DNA from: a virus
Taxonomy: Duplodnaviria > Caudoviricetes
IMG/VR virus record: IMGVR_UViG_3300037311_000222
Location: 5,894-69,893 of that record
Length of the DNA: 64,000 bases
Reading direction: 5' to 3' (one strand)
Made by a program: the position numbers and the translations under genes. Shown piece after piece: positions 18,080 to 25,580 of this stretch. Each line of letters starts with the position of its first letter. Within the stretch, counting starts at the first letter, position 1. The notes beneath the pieces were generated by a model, which made no database searches, was not told the DNA's origin, and saw only the letters and a list, made by a program, of their open reading frames with translations.

Positions 18080-18221
18080 GATAATACCCTATAAACTAAA
18101 AGAAAACGTTGACTCTAAATCTGCTAAAAAAAGTTATATAATTAAAACCCGCGTATTAAAATGGGGGTTTAGAATTAGCTTGCTGTTAAATATCTACTTT
18201 ATATACAGACAATTATTTTAA
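18072..18221 (+). CDS. 49-aa micro-ORF with hydrophobic C-terminus
   Basis: Manual translation from GTG 18072 (MAKIIPYKLKE...SLLLNIYFIYRQLF). Confidence 0.4.
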   Translation: MAKIIPYKLKENVDSKSAKKSYIIKTRVLKWGFRISLLLNIYFIYRQLF

Positions 18222-18234
18222 CAAATATAAATAG
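18218..18234 (+). promoter_or_regulatory. putative phage late promoter motif, copy 3
   Basis: TTAACAAATATAAATAG; contains exact T4 late consensus TATAAATA; upstream of scaffold. Confidence 0.7.
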
Positions 18235-18312
18235 TACAAACCCGGTTCGGGAGTACTTAAAAACAACCTCGTTTACCCTTATTGTTAAGGATAACAACAT
18301 ATAGGAGAATAT

Positions 18313-19287
18313 ATGTCTCAAGCACCCGTTGCCGCTCAAGTCTCTACTGAAGCAGTGCCTTCACTAGAAAGCCAAATTAATGCCACTACAGACACTGTAG
18401 AAGGCTCTAAAACCAATGAAGTAGACCTAGATGCTGTAGCTAGAGGAGAAGAAGCTACTACAGAACAAGCCGCAACAGAAGAAGTTAAAGAGCTTAAGAA
18501 GAAGCTGAAACTTAAAGTTCGTGGTAAAGAGAGAGAAGAAGAAATCGACTTTAACGATGAAGACAAGCTTCGTAAAATGCTAGAAAAAGCATACGGAGCT
18601 GACGAAACGTTCCAGGAAGCATCAAAGACTCGCAAGCAAATGGAGGCGTTTGCTAAACTTCTTCAAGAAGACCCCGTAGAAGCTCTTAAGCATTTTGGGC
18701 ACGACGTTGACGCCATTGCTCAAAAATACCTAGAGTCTCGCATTGAAGAAATGCAAAAATCTCCAGAACAGCTAGAGCTTGAAAAACTTCGTAAAGAAGT
18801 TGAAAAAGAGCGCAAAATGCGCGAAAAAATTGAACAAGAGCGAGTTGAAGCACAAAAAAGTCAAATTGAACAAGAATATGCTCGTAAACTTGATGACGAA
18901 ATTAGTGTATCTCTTGCGAAAGCTAACCTTCCTAAGTCTCCCTACGTTGTAAAACGTATTGCTGAAAGTCTTATGATTGCTTTGCAAAAGGGATATACAG
19001 ACGTTTCCGTTGCTGACGTTCTTCCCGTAGTCGATAAACAGATCAAATCAGAGCTTCGTGAGTTTTTTGGAGCGCTTCCTGAAGATGTTTTCGACCAAAT
19101 CTTGGGAAATGACACTGTAAATAAGCTTCGTAAAAATCGAGTTGCTAAAGCAAAAACCGCTCCAATCACTGCTAGTAGCGTAAAACCTACCGGTATGTCA
19201 GAGGCGTTAAAAGCGGAAGCCACTAAAAAAGAAGAAAAAGTAAGTTCTAGAGATTTCTTTAAAAATCTAGGAACTACTAAAATTTAA
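18313..19287 (+). CDS. capsid scaffolding protein
   Basis: Charged coiled-coil protein directly upstream of MCP; SD AGGAG. Confidence 0.7.
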   Translation: MSQAPVAAQVSTEAVPSLESQINATTDTVEGSKTNEVDLDAVARGEEATTEQAATEEVKELKKKLKLKVRGKEREEEIDFNDEDKLRKMLEKAYGADETFQEASKTRKQMEAFAKLLQEDPVEALKHFGHDVDAIAQKYLESRIEEMQKSPEQLELEKLRKEVEKERKMREKIEQERVEAQKSQIEQEYARKLDDEISVSLAKANLPKSPYVVKRIAESLMIALQKGYTDVSVADVLPVVDKQIKSELREFFGALPEDVFDQILGNDTVNKLRKNRVAKAKTAPITASSVKPTGMSEALKAEATKKEEKVSSRDFFKNLGTTKI

Positions 19288-19300
19288 CAAATATAGATAC
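19284..19300 (+). promoter_or_regulatory. putative phage late promoter motif, copy 4
   Basis: TTAACAAATATAGATAC upstream of MCP exon 1. Confidence 0.7.
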
Positions 19301-19301
19301 C

Positions 19302-19332
19302 ACACTCTATAGAGATTGGCTCTATAGAGTGT
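19302..19332. repeat. 13-bp perfect inverted repeat in MCP leader
   Basis: ACACTCTATAGAG-ATTGG-CTCTATAGAGTGT; each arm contains palindrome CTCTATAGAG. Confidence 0.85.
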
Positions 19333-19475
19333 ATTAACGAAAATGGGTAGTTTGATATCAACTACTTACGGAATCTGTAGCAACCCTTTTGGGCCTACAA
19401 GATAAGCCTTAAGCTAGAGCAGTATTGTACTTATCTGTTTTTAAGTTTTAATTAACTTTTAAATAGGAGTATTGT

Positions 19476-19643
19476 ATGGCCGGAGAAAATACGGTTACAA
19501 CCTTAAACGGTCTTTTCCAGAACGTTTATGCAGATAAACTAAAGAACTTGATTCCTGAGGGAACTAAGCTTCTTAACAAAATCCCTTTTGGTGAAAGAGA
19601 AAAATCACTCGGATCATTCTACGTACAGAGTGTTATTTTGGGT
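19476..19643 (+). CDS. major capsid protein, exon 1 (56 aa, MAGENTVTTLNGLFQNVY...SVILG)
   Basis: SD TAGGAG; ORF missed by the track; ends in GGT immediately before intron 1. Confidence 0.88.
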
Positions 19644-19858
19644 TAACCTTTTAGGCCCAATAAAAATCTTCTCTGATTGACTCGGACCTCCAGAAGTGGA
19701 CAACGAGGCGCAAGGGTAAAGCCAGCGTGAGAGACTAAGCGAGAAGACGACAAAAGTCGATGCAATAGTCCGATCTACCGCATAACCCAAGAAACGGTAG
19801 AGGTTGACAGAAATGTTTAACCCCTGTTAGAATGGAATTGTAACAGAGTAACAACTTG
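19644..19858 (+). ncRNA. group I intron 1 (215 nt, no ORF)
   Basis: P1 exon TTGGGT/GCCCAA (19655-60) with U.G pair; P10 TTTTAG/CTAGAA; P3 TCTTCTC/GAGAAGA; P7 GACTA (19733)/TAGTC (19766); P8 CGAC-AAAA-GTCG; terminal G 19858. Confidence 0.9.
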
Positions 19859-19870
19859 CTAGAACACGGT
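19859..19870 (+). CDS. major capsid protein, 12-nt micro-exon 2 (L-E-H-G)
   Basis: CTAGAACACGGT; keeps frame; both halves pair with flanking intron guide sequences. Confidence 0.85.
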
Positions 19871-20699
19871 AAACGATAAAGTAATGCCGTGCCTAAATTG
19901 GTGAAAAAACATGGAAGGCTAAAGATTAAATGAGAAAATACGGAATTGTATATAAAATTACAAATTTAAAAACAGGTAAATCCTACGTAGGACAAACCGT
20001 TGAATCCGTAAAAGAAAGATTCTACGCTCATTATCAAGACAAAAGAGCTAATACTTACGTCGGTAATGCACTGAGAAGCGAAGGTAGACAAAACTTTATA
20101 TTTGAAGAATTGTTTATAGCGTTTGATAAAGAATCTTTAAATTTAGTCGAAAAACTTTTAGTTGAACAGTTAAATACGTTATATCCGAATGGTTATAATT
20201 TACGTCCTGGCGGCAGTCAGTATGGTAAAATGTCGTAAGAAACAAAAGAAAAAATTAGTAAGTCTAAAACTGGTAAACCTCTTTTAAAAAAAAAACGAGG
20301 AGAAATCAGAAGTGAAAATCAAAGACTACAAATTTCAGTTTCTTTGTGTGGAAAACCAATACTTTGTGAAAATGAATTAAACGGACAAAAAACCATATAT
20401 TTAACTGCTCACGAAACAACGAACTACGGGTTTCAACCTTGGAACGTAGTAGCTTGTTGTAGGGGTAAAAGAGTTCGACATAAAAATTGTAAATTTTCTT
20501 ATTTAATCCATGCTAATCAGAGCGGAAGTGTTGACAGTAACAAGTCTTCACACGCGCAACGACTAGAGATTGAAACTACTGAGTAGAATAAAATATCTCC
20601 ACGAGTCACCGACAACGTTTAATAGACGTTGAAAAGATAGTCTGAACTTATAGGAAACTATGAGAAGTAGAGGATAAAGAGCCTTTACGATAACAAATG
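19871..20699 (+). mobile_element. group I intron 2 (829 nt) carrying GIY-YIG homing endonuclease ORF
   Basis: P1 CACGGT/GCCGTG (19886-91); P10 AAGTAAT/ATTACTT; P3 TTGGTGA/TCACCGA; P7 GACTA (20561)/TAGTC (20638); P8 CAACGT/ACGTTG; terminal G 20699. Confidence 0.92.
19930..20586 (+). pseudogene. GIY-YIG homing endonuclease with NUMOD3-like linker, interrupted by in-frame TAA at 20236-20238
   Basis: GIVYKITNLKTGKSYVGQT, R...H, E...N motifs; track ORFs 19930..20238 and 20344..20586 are the same frame with one stop (MS*ETKEKISKSKTG). Confidence 0.85.
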
Positions 20700-21737
20700 A
20701 TTACTTATGCAGGACCTACCGACGATGCGTTTACTCTTGATGACGCTATCGAAGGTGCTGTTCTTCCCGCTCAAATTCAAGGAAGTCAGATGATGTTGCG
20801 TTCACGCCTTGGTGTTGGTGCAGCTTCTCGTGCTTCTGCTGGTAAAGCAGCTTTTGAAGAGGCCACTAAATACCTCGTTCGTAACATGCTTCGTTCTATG
20901 TCTCGTCGCGTAGAAGCAGGTTTGTTTTACGGTGGCGTTGGTATTGGCGAAGTTGGTGCACTCCCAGGTGGAGCTGTTATCACTATTGCTACTGCTGAGT
21001 GGGCTCCAGGAATCTGGGCTGGTTCTGAAAAAATGAAAGTAGACATTTACGATGCTACTTCCACTACTCTTCGCGGTTCTGCGCAAGTTGTAGCGGTTAA
21101 CATGTCAAATCGACGTGTAACTCTTGATGCTCTCCCTGTAGGAACTCTTGTTACCGACAAGATTTACTTCAAAGGCGCTAAAGATAAAGAATTTGTCGGT
21201 ATTCACAGAATTTTAAGCAACACTGGCGTACTTTTCAACATTTCTGCAGCTAGCTACAACCTGTGGCGCGGAAACGAATTGAACATCGGAGGTAACCCTC
21301 TGTCTTTCAATCGTCTTCAAGATGCTATTGCTCTTGCTGTTGAAAAAGGACTTGACAGCGAAGTTGAAGTGTATGTTAACCCTCGCGCTTGGTCTGATCT
21401 TTTAACAGAGCAGTCTGCTCTTCGTCGCCTTGACGAATCCTACAAGACTTCTGTTACTGAGAATGGAAGCCAAGAAATCACGTTCTACGGACAAAACGGA
21501 AAAGTTTCTATCGTTCCGTCTAACTTCGTAAAAGAAGGTTTTGCTTACGTTCTTTGCATGGAAGATTTTATGAGAATTGGTTCATCTGACATTACGTTTA
21601 AGCGTCCTGGTCAAGGTGATAATTTCTTTAAAGATCTGGAAAACAGCGCTGGTTACGAGATGAGAGCTTACTGTGATATGGCGCTTCTGTGCGTATCTCC
21701 AGGTAAAAACACCATCATCAGTAGTATTGTTAACTAA
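20700..21737 (+). CDS. major capsid protein, exon 3 (345 aa); spliced product 405 aa
   Basis: Follows scaffold, ends at strong terminator; spliced junction reads SVILG-LEHG-ITYAG; the track ATG 20697 includes the intron terminal G and has no SD. Confidence 0.88.
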   Translation: MTYAGPTDDAFTLDDAIEGAVLPAQIQGSQMMLRSRLGVGAASRASAGKAAFEEATKYLVRNMLRSMSRRVEAGLFYGGVGIGEVGALPGGAVITIATAEWAPGIWAGSEKMKVDIYDATSTTLRGSAQVVAVNMSNRRVTLDALPVGTLVTDKIYFKGAKDKEFVGIHRILSNTGVLFNISAASYNLWRGNELNIGGNPLSFNRLQDAIALAVEKGLDSEVEVYVNPRAWSDLLTEQSALRRLDESYKTSVTENGSQEITFYGQNGKVSIVPSNFVKEGFAYVLCMEDFMRIGSSDITFKRPGQGDNFFKDLENSAGYEMRAYCDMALLCVSPGKNTIISSIVN

Positions 21738-21758
21738 TTAACTAGAAATAGTTAAAAT

Positions 21759-21790
21759 AAAGAGGCTCCTCCCAAGGGGCCTTTTTTATT
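21759..21790 (+). terminator. rho-independent terminator after MCP
   Basis: AAAGAGGCTCC-TCCCAA-GGGGCCTTTTTT. Confidence 0.8.
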
Positions 21791-21870
21791 TGTACTTTAA
21801 CTTTATTTTGTCACAGTCGTACACTCTGTATAACTTTTCTGATAAAGCATGTTCATGTTCTGTCATCCCG

Positions 21871-22077
21871 TCAGGGGTATTTACTCTTTTTCTCTGATTT
21901 CATTAATTTTTTTTCTAAAATAGCATCTAATTCATAAAATTGAAATCCACACGCTTTTAAAAACCCGCCAAAATCCTCTAAAAGCTCTGACAAAGTGACT
22001 CCGTTAGACTCAACAACCACATTTGATGTGTCATACTTATTTTCAGGGTCTTTAGTTTTACTAAATTTATATTGCAT
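21871..22077 (-). CDS. hypothetical protein
   Basis: SD AAGGA; clean ORF. Confidence 0.65.
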   Translation of the reverse strand: MQYKFSKTKDPENKYDTSNVVVESNGVTLSELLEDFGGFLKACGFQFYELDAILEKKLMKSEKKSKYP

Positions 22078-22091
22078 GATATTCCTTTACA

Positions 22092-22120
22092 TAAAAGCCC
22101 GCTTAATAGCAGGCTACTTT
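22092..22120 (-). terminator. possible rho-independent terminator
   Basis: Minus strand AGCCTGC-TATTAA-GCGGGCT-TTT after 22125..22610. Confidence 0.5.
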
Positions 22121-22124
22121 ATTT

Positions 22125-22610
22125 TTAAAAACTAATACCTACCGTACCGCGCAGTGTTCCGTTTGTATCAACGCTACCGCCAATACCTAGATTACTGTCA
22201 AATACGTTTTGACGCATGTATCCAGCGTCCATAACTAGTCCTCGATCTGAAGAAAGTACTCCGGTATTACCATTAATTGATTTACTTAAGCCTGTATGGT
22301 CACGTCTTCCTCCAACAATAACTAAATTTTTGTCATCACGTGAAACTTTACAAACACGTTGAGTGTGTTTACTAGTTTCAGTGACAATAAACTGTTGTTT
22401 ACGAGGAACCACCTTAAACTTGTTTGCACTAACTACTGACTCTCGACCGTCTTTGGTCCTAACAATAATCACTGCATCTTGCAAGTGTTTAGGTACATCA
22501 GTGTTAATTTCTTTAGTGTTTTCTACTTTTTCTTGTGAGTTAGTGTCTACACAAGAATCAGCGTTTACGTTAAGAGAAAACAAAAATACAACTGTAATAA
22601 TAAGTTTCAT
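22125..22610 (-). CDS. exported protein with outer-membrane beta-strand-like C-terminus
   Basis: Signal peptide (VNA|DS); alternating C-terminal strands ending GTVGISF. Confidence 0.55.
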   Translation of the reverse strand: MKLIITVVFLFSLNVNADSCVDTNSQEKVENTKEINTDVPKHLQDAVIIVRTKDGRESVVSANKFKVVPRKQQFIVTETSKHTQRVCKVSRDDKNLVIVGGRRDHTGLSKSINGNTGVLSSDRGLVMDAGYMRQNVFDSNLGIGGSVDTNGTLRGTVGISF

Positions 22611-22619
22611 ACTATCTCC

Positions 22620-23402
22620 TTAGTGTCTATAAAGGGTTGAAGGAATAACTTGCTCAACAAAATTAGGTCCGCTCATCTTAAGTTGCAAAGCAATTTTAGT
22701 TGCGGGTCCTTGGTAATAAACTACATTAATTTTATTAGGTCCGCGGTGAAGTTCAACAGCCGCGCTTGCGTTGGTTGTAGGAGCATGAAGCCCTGGGTTA
22801 TTAATTAGTACTTGTTCGTTAATTACTAACCTTACTCCGTCATCGCTTAACACCTTAAACACGTGCATACCGGTAGTTTGAATGTTAAGGTAGGCGTAGC
22901 AGTCTAGCGCATAACCCGTCAATCCTACTGTATTCTGAAGCGCACTAGGCATGCCAGGAAACCCTTGAGACGAAGGACTGTCACCAACGCTAAGATTAGA
23001 CAGAACAAAGTTGCCTGCTGGAGGATTGCTTGCTAGAATTAGCTTAATATCAGTAATTCCGTCCCAACTACGCAAATCGTGAACATTGCATGATAGTCCC
23101 GATAGTAAAGCATTTTCTCCATCTTTTCCATTTAGACCATCTCGACCGTTAACTCCGGGCATTCCAGCTGGTCCTTGAGCCCCGTTGGCGAGAAACACTG
23201 GGTCAGAGCCTGTACACGTTACATAAGCTCCTCCTGGAGCTGAAGTAACCAAGCATGAAGTTCCGTCTTTACCGTCGTTTGCCGTTAGTGTAATTTGTTG
23301 AGTGCGCTTATCGCAAGCCATTGCCAAAAAAATCAGTAGCAGAAACGTTAATTTATTCATTCGTGTCTCCTTTTTCTTTATTATACATTTTATTATTTTC
23401 AA
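22620..23402 (-). CDS. lipoprotein with collagen-like repeats and PA14 domain (start probably MNKLTF)
   Basis: Lipobox LAMA|C; GxxGxxG run; FKVLSDDGVRLVIN...VYYQGP PA14 signature. Confidence 0.8.
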   Translation of the reverse strand: MKIIKCIIKKKETRMNKLTFLLLIFLAMACDKRTQQITLTANDGKDGTSCLVTSAPGGAYVTCTGSDPVFLANGAQGPAGMPGVNGRDGLNGKDGENALLSGLSCNVHDLRSWDGITDIKLILASNPPAGNFVLSNLSVGDSPSSQGFPGMPSALQNTVGLTGYALDCYAYLNIQTTGMHVFKVLSDDGVRLVINEQVLINNPGLHAPTTNASAAVELHRGPNKINVVYYQGPATKIALQLKMSGPNFVEQVIPSTLYRH

Positions 23403-23649
23403 TGCAATGAGTATTATTAACGCAGTCTTCTAAAAACACGATTAAACGCTCTGTACCAGGACTACTGTATCGAGCTGATACATATTGTTGTGTTCTTATG
23501 CTTAAACAAAGTCTAACCGTTCTATCCATAGCTTGCTCTCTTGTATCCCCTCTAAATCTGAGCTTAGGCACATCTCCAGTAGCTTTAAACGTACAAATGA
23601 AATTTTCTTGAGCAAACAACAAATTCAAAGTTAATAATATTTTAATCAC
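23353..23649 (-). CDS. small exported Cys-containing protein
   Basis: Signal peptide MIKILLTLNLLFA; four Cys. Confidence 0.6.
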   Translation of the reverse strand: MIKILLTLNLLFAQENFICTFKATGDVPKLRFRGDTREQAMDRTVRLCLSIRTQQYVSARYSSPGTERLIVFLEDCVNNTHCIENNKMYNKEKGDTNE

Positions 23650-23875
23650 AATCTAACTCCACTTCTTCAATCCATGTTTGATAATCACCAGAAAACCATA
23701 CTCCTGTAGGTTTCTTACTTTTTTTTTTTACTAAACTCTTCTTTTAAATTTTTATCAATAATAATTTGTTTTAATTTATTTTCCGCTTTTTGTTTTGTTG
23801 AAAAAAAAAATTTACACAATAAGGGTACGATAGTGAACAAATATAGTCACTCATTATAACGTATATTTTATTCAT
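23642..23875 (-). pseudogene. 77-aa ORF broken at two homopolymer tracts
   Basis: T10 to T11 and A11 to A10 restore MNKIYVIMSD...FSTKQKAENKL...GVWFSGDYQTWIEEVELDCD; ATGA-coupled upstream. Confidence 0.55.
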
Positions 23876-24015
23876 AAAAATCCTAATATATAACAATGTT
23901 TGTATTTTTTTAGTTTTGCGATGGGTAAAGTTAAGAATATACGATTATAAATTGGATCATACCAAATTACTCTTATGTCTTGAAAAAACATTAAATCTTT
24001 AATCAATTTATTCAT
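23872..24015 (-). CDS. 47-aa micro-ORF (MNKLIKDLMFF...)
   Basis: Manual translation; ATGA overlaps on both sides. Confidence 0.5.
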   Translation of the reverse strand: MNKLIKDLMFFQDIRVIWYDPIYNRIFLTLPIAKLKKYKHCYILGFL

Positions 24016-24161
24016 AAAACCCTTGTTACGTTAACATTTTGGTAATACGTTTTAACCCAAGCTTTCCACATTTCTACATTCATATCTAAGTGTAAGTCGT
24101 TTTCAACGTTACAATCAGTATCTTTGGTAGTAGCCGTTGCAAAATATAGCCTATCGTCCAT
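24012..24161 (-). CDS. 49-aa micro-ORF (MDDRLYFATA...)
   Basis: Manual translation; SD AAGGA; ATGA overlap downstream. Confidence 0.5.
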   Translation of the reverse strand: MDDRLYFATATTKDTDCNVENDLHLDMNVEMWKAWVKTYYQNVNVTRVL

Positions 24162-24332
24162 AATAACTATCCTTAGAGATTATTTTACCCTCAAAAATAA
24201 ATTCAATCCAGGCGCTACTATCTTCGTTATTTAATGAAAATTTAACAACAAATTTTTCAAGATTTTTTTTTTTATTTTAAATGAATACAATTTTGGTTTA
24301 CAGTTTTCTACTACTTTAACATGGTATTTCAT
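24151..24332 (-). pseudogene. about 60-aa ORF frameshifted at an A11 tract
   Basis: A12 or A9 restores MKYHVKVVENCKPKLYSF...NLEKFVVKFSLNNEDSSAWIEFIFEGKIISKDSYYGR. Confidence 0.45.
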
Positions 24333-24781
24333 GGTTTAAACTCCATGCTAGGGCGTTCGTTTCTTTTGCCCATATCTAAATGACACCATAAAGAATTTTT
24401 GCCAACCGTCGCTTCGATAGCTTCCATCATGAGACCATATTTAGCTAATATGCCATTTTTACCCAAATTGCTTTGAGTTTTACGAATTAATAACCCAAGT
24501 TCGTTTACTGGTTTAATTTGAAAAACATCTAAAGCTAAACACATTTGATGAAGGCTCTTTTTACTAGCGCCCTTAACTTTAGAGTTTACAGTACTAGGCC
24601 TAAACCCACTCGAAATGCTAACAGGTTTGTTCCATTTAAGCTCTGTAAGTAATCCGTTAACAGCGTCGCATAATTTTGTTGCATTTGTTTTAAGCTCATC
24701 GGTTAATTCTGGTGACTTAGCTCTTTTTGGATAGCGACCAGAGCTTGTAATAATGTCGTCAACTGTGATATATATTTTCAT
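24329..24781 (-). CDS. peptidase M15 family endolysin candidate
   Basis: ISSGFRP, SLHQMCLALD (SxHxxxxAxD), WCHLD zinc-binding motifs. Confidence 0.85.
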   Translation of the reverse strand: MKIYITVDDIITSSGRYPKRAKSPELTDELKTNATKLCDAVNGLLTELKWNKPVSISSGFRPSTVNSKVKGASKKSLHQMCLALDVFQIKPVNELGLLIRKTQSNLGKNGILAKYGLMMEAIEATVGKNSLWCHLDMGKRNERPSMEFKP

Positions 24782-24789
24782 TTATACTC

Positions 24790-25002
24790 CTAATCGCAAT
24801 ACATTGGTACACAAGAAATATGTTCACCTTTATGATAGCACACAACCCCATATTCGTCTACCGTTGTTTTAACTTCTACGCTTTTATCGTCTACTATATA
24901 CAAACAAATTCCGACTATTAAATATACAGCTAACGTAGTCAACATAATTAAACTAATTACTTCTTTAAAATTGAGACTCATGTTTATTCCTCTCCACAAC
25001 AA
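24790..25002 (-). CDS. small membrane protein
   Basis: TM helix then short Cys-containing tail. Confidence 0.55.
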   Translation of the reverse strand: MLWRGINMSLNFKEVISLIMLTTLAVYLIVGICLYIVDDKSVEVKTTVDEYGVVCYHKGEHISCVPMYCD

Positions 25003-25538
25003 AGGGTTATTTCATAATTAATATATGTCACTTCTTCAAATTGTTTACAAAAAAACCAAGTGTTAAGAGGTTTTTTGTACTTGGTGTGTTGAGTTTTTAT
25101 TGTGAATAGTTTTTCTAGTTCGCTTCTTAGTACATTTACCTCTGGGAAGCTATTTAAAAATCTATCAAGAAATGCGTAGGACTTTCCGTGGATTCCTTCG
25201 TAGGTCATAAAATATACTCTACTTGCTAAGATTGTTTTTTTACCGGTTCTTTTCATTTCATCAATAATACCGTCTACAATTCTATTTAAGCTACTTAAAC
25301 CATTGTTATTTTTTTCAATTTCTTCACATATTAGTTTTTTATTCATAGGATGCTCCCCATCGTCTATTGCGTCTCCTGGACGCTTGTTACAAACAGAACA
25401 CTCTAAATATTCGTTACCATCTCCAATGTCTTTATACACCCAGTTGTGTAGTTTACAAGCTACGTTTTTAGGCTTACCCTCGTTTGTTGACATTTTTAAA
25501 GCAAAAAAGAATATCGCCAGCATAAAGATAAATAACAT
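24984..25538 (-). CDS. membrane-anchored zinc-finger protein, possibly two fused genes
   Basis: N-terminal TM, CxxH...CxxC; internal GGGGAG-6 nt-ATG (MNKKLICEE). Confidence 0.6.
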   Translation of the reverse strand: MLFIFMLAIFFFALKMSTNEGKPKNVACKLHNWVYKDIGDGNEYLECSVCNKRPGDAIDDGEHPMNKKLICEEIEKNNNGLSSLNRIVDGIIDEMKRTGKKTILASRVYFMTYEGIHGKSYAFLDRFLNSFPEVNVLRSELEKLFTIKTQHTKYKKPLNTWFFCKQFEEVTYINYEITLCCGEE

Positions 25539-25544
25539 TGGTTT

Positions 25545-25573
25545 AATATACTCTATTATTTTTTTAATCGCAA
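25545..25573 (-). promoter_or_regulatory. sigma70-type promoter, probably leaderless
   Basis: TTGCGA-17 nt-TATATT; exactly 6 nt to ATG 25538; no SD. Confidence 0.6.
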
Positions 25574-25580
25574 GAGATTT

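Noticed and set aside
20236-20238. Genome-wide stop-codon reassignment (TAA read as an amino acid)
   Set aside because: TAA, TAG and TGA all end well-defined genes, and coding density is high under the standard code
20697-20699. ATG 20697 as the start of the major capsid protein
   Set aside because: No SD; its G is the intron terminal G; P10 pairing places the exon start at 20700; an SD-led exon 1 exists at 19476
23833-23848. Seventh late-promoter copy (GTGAACAAATATAGTC)
   Set aside because: Partial match, inside a minus-strand coding region, with no plus-strand gene downstream
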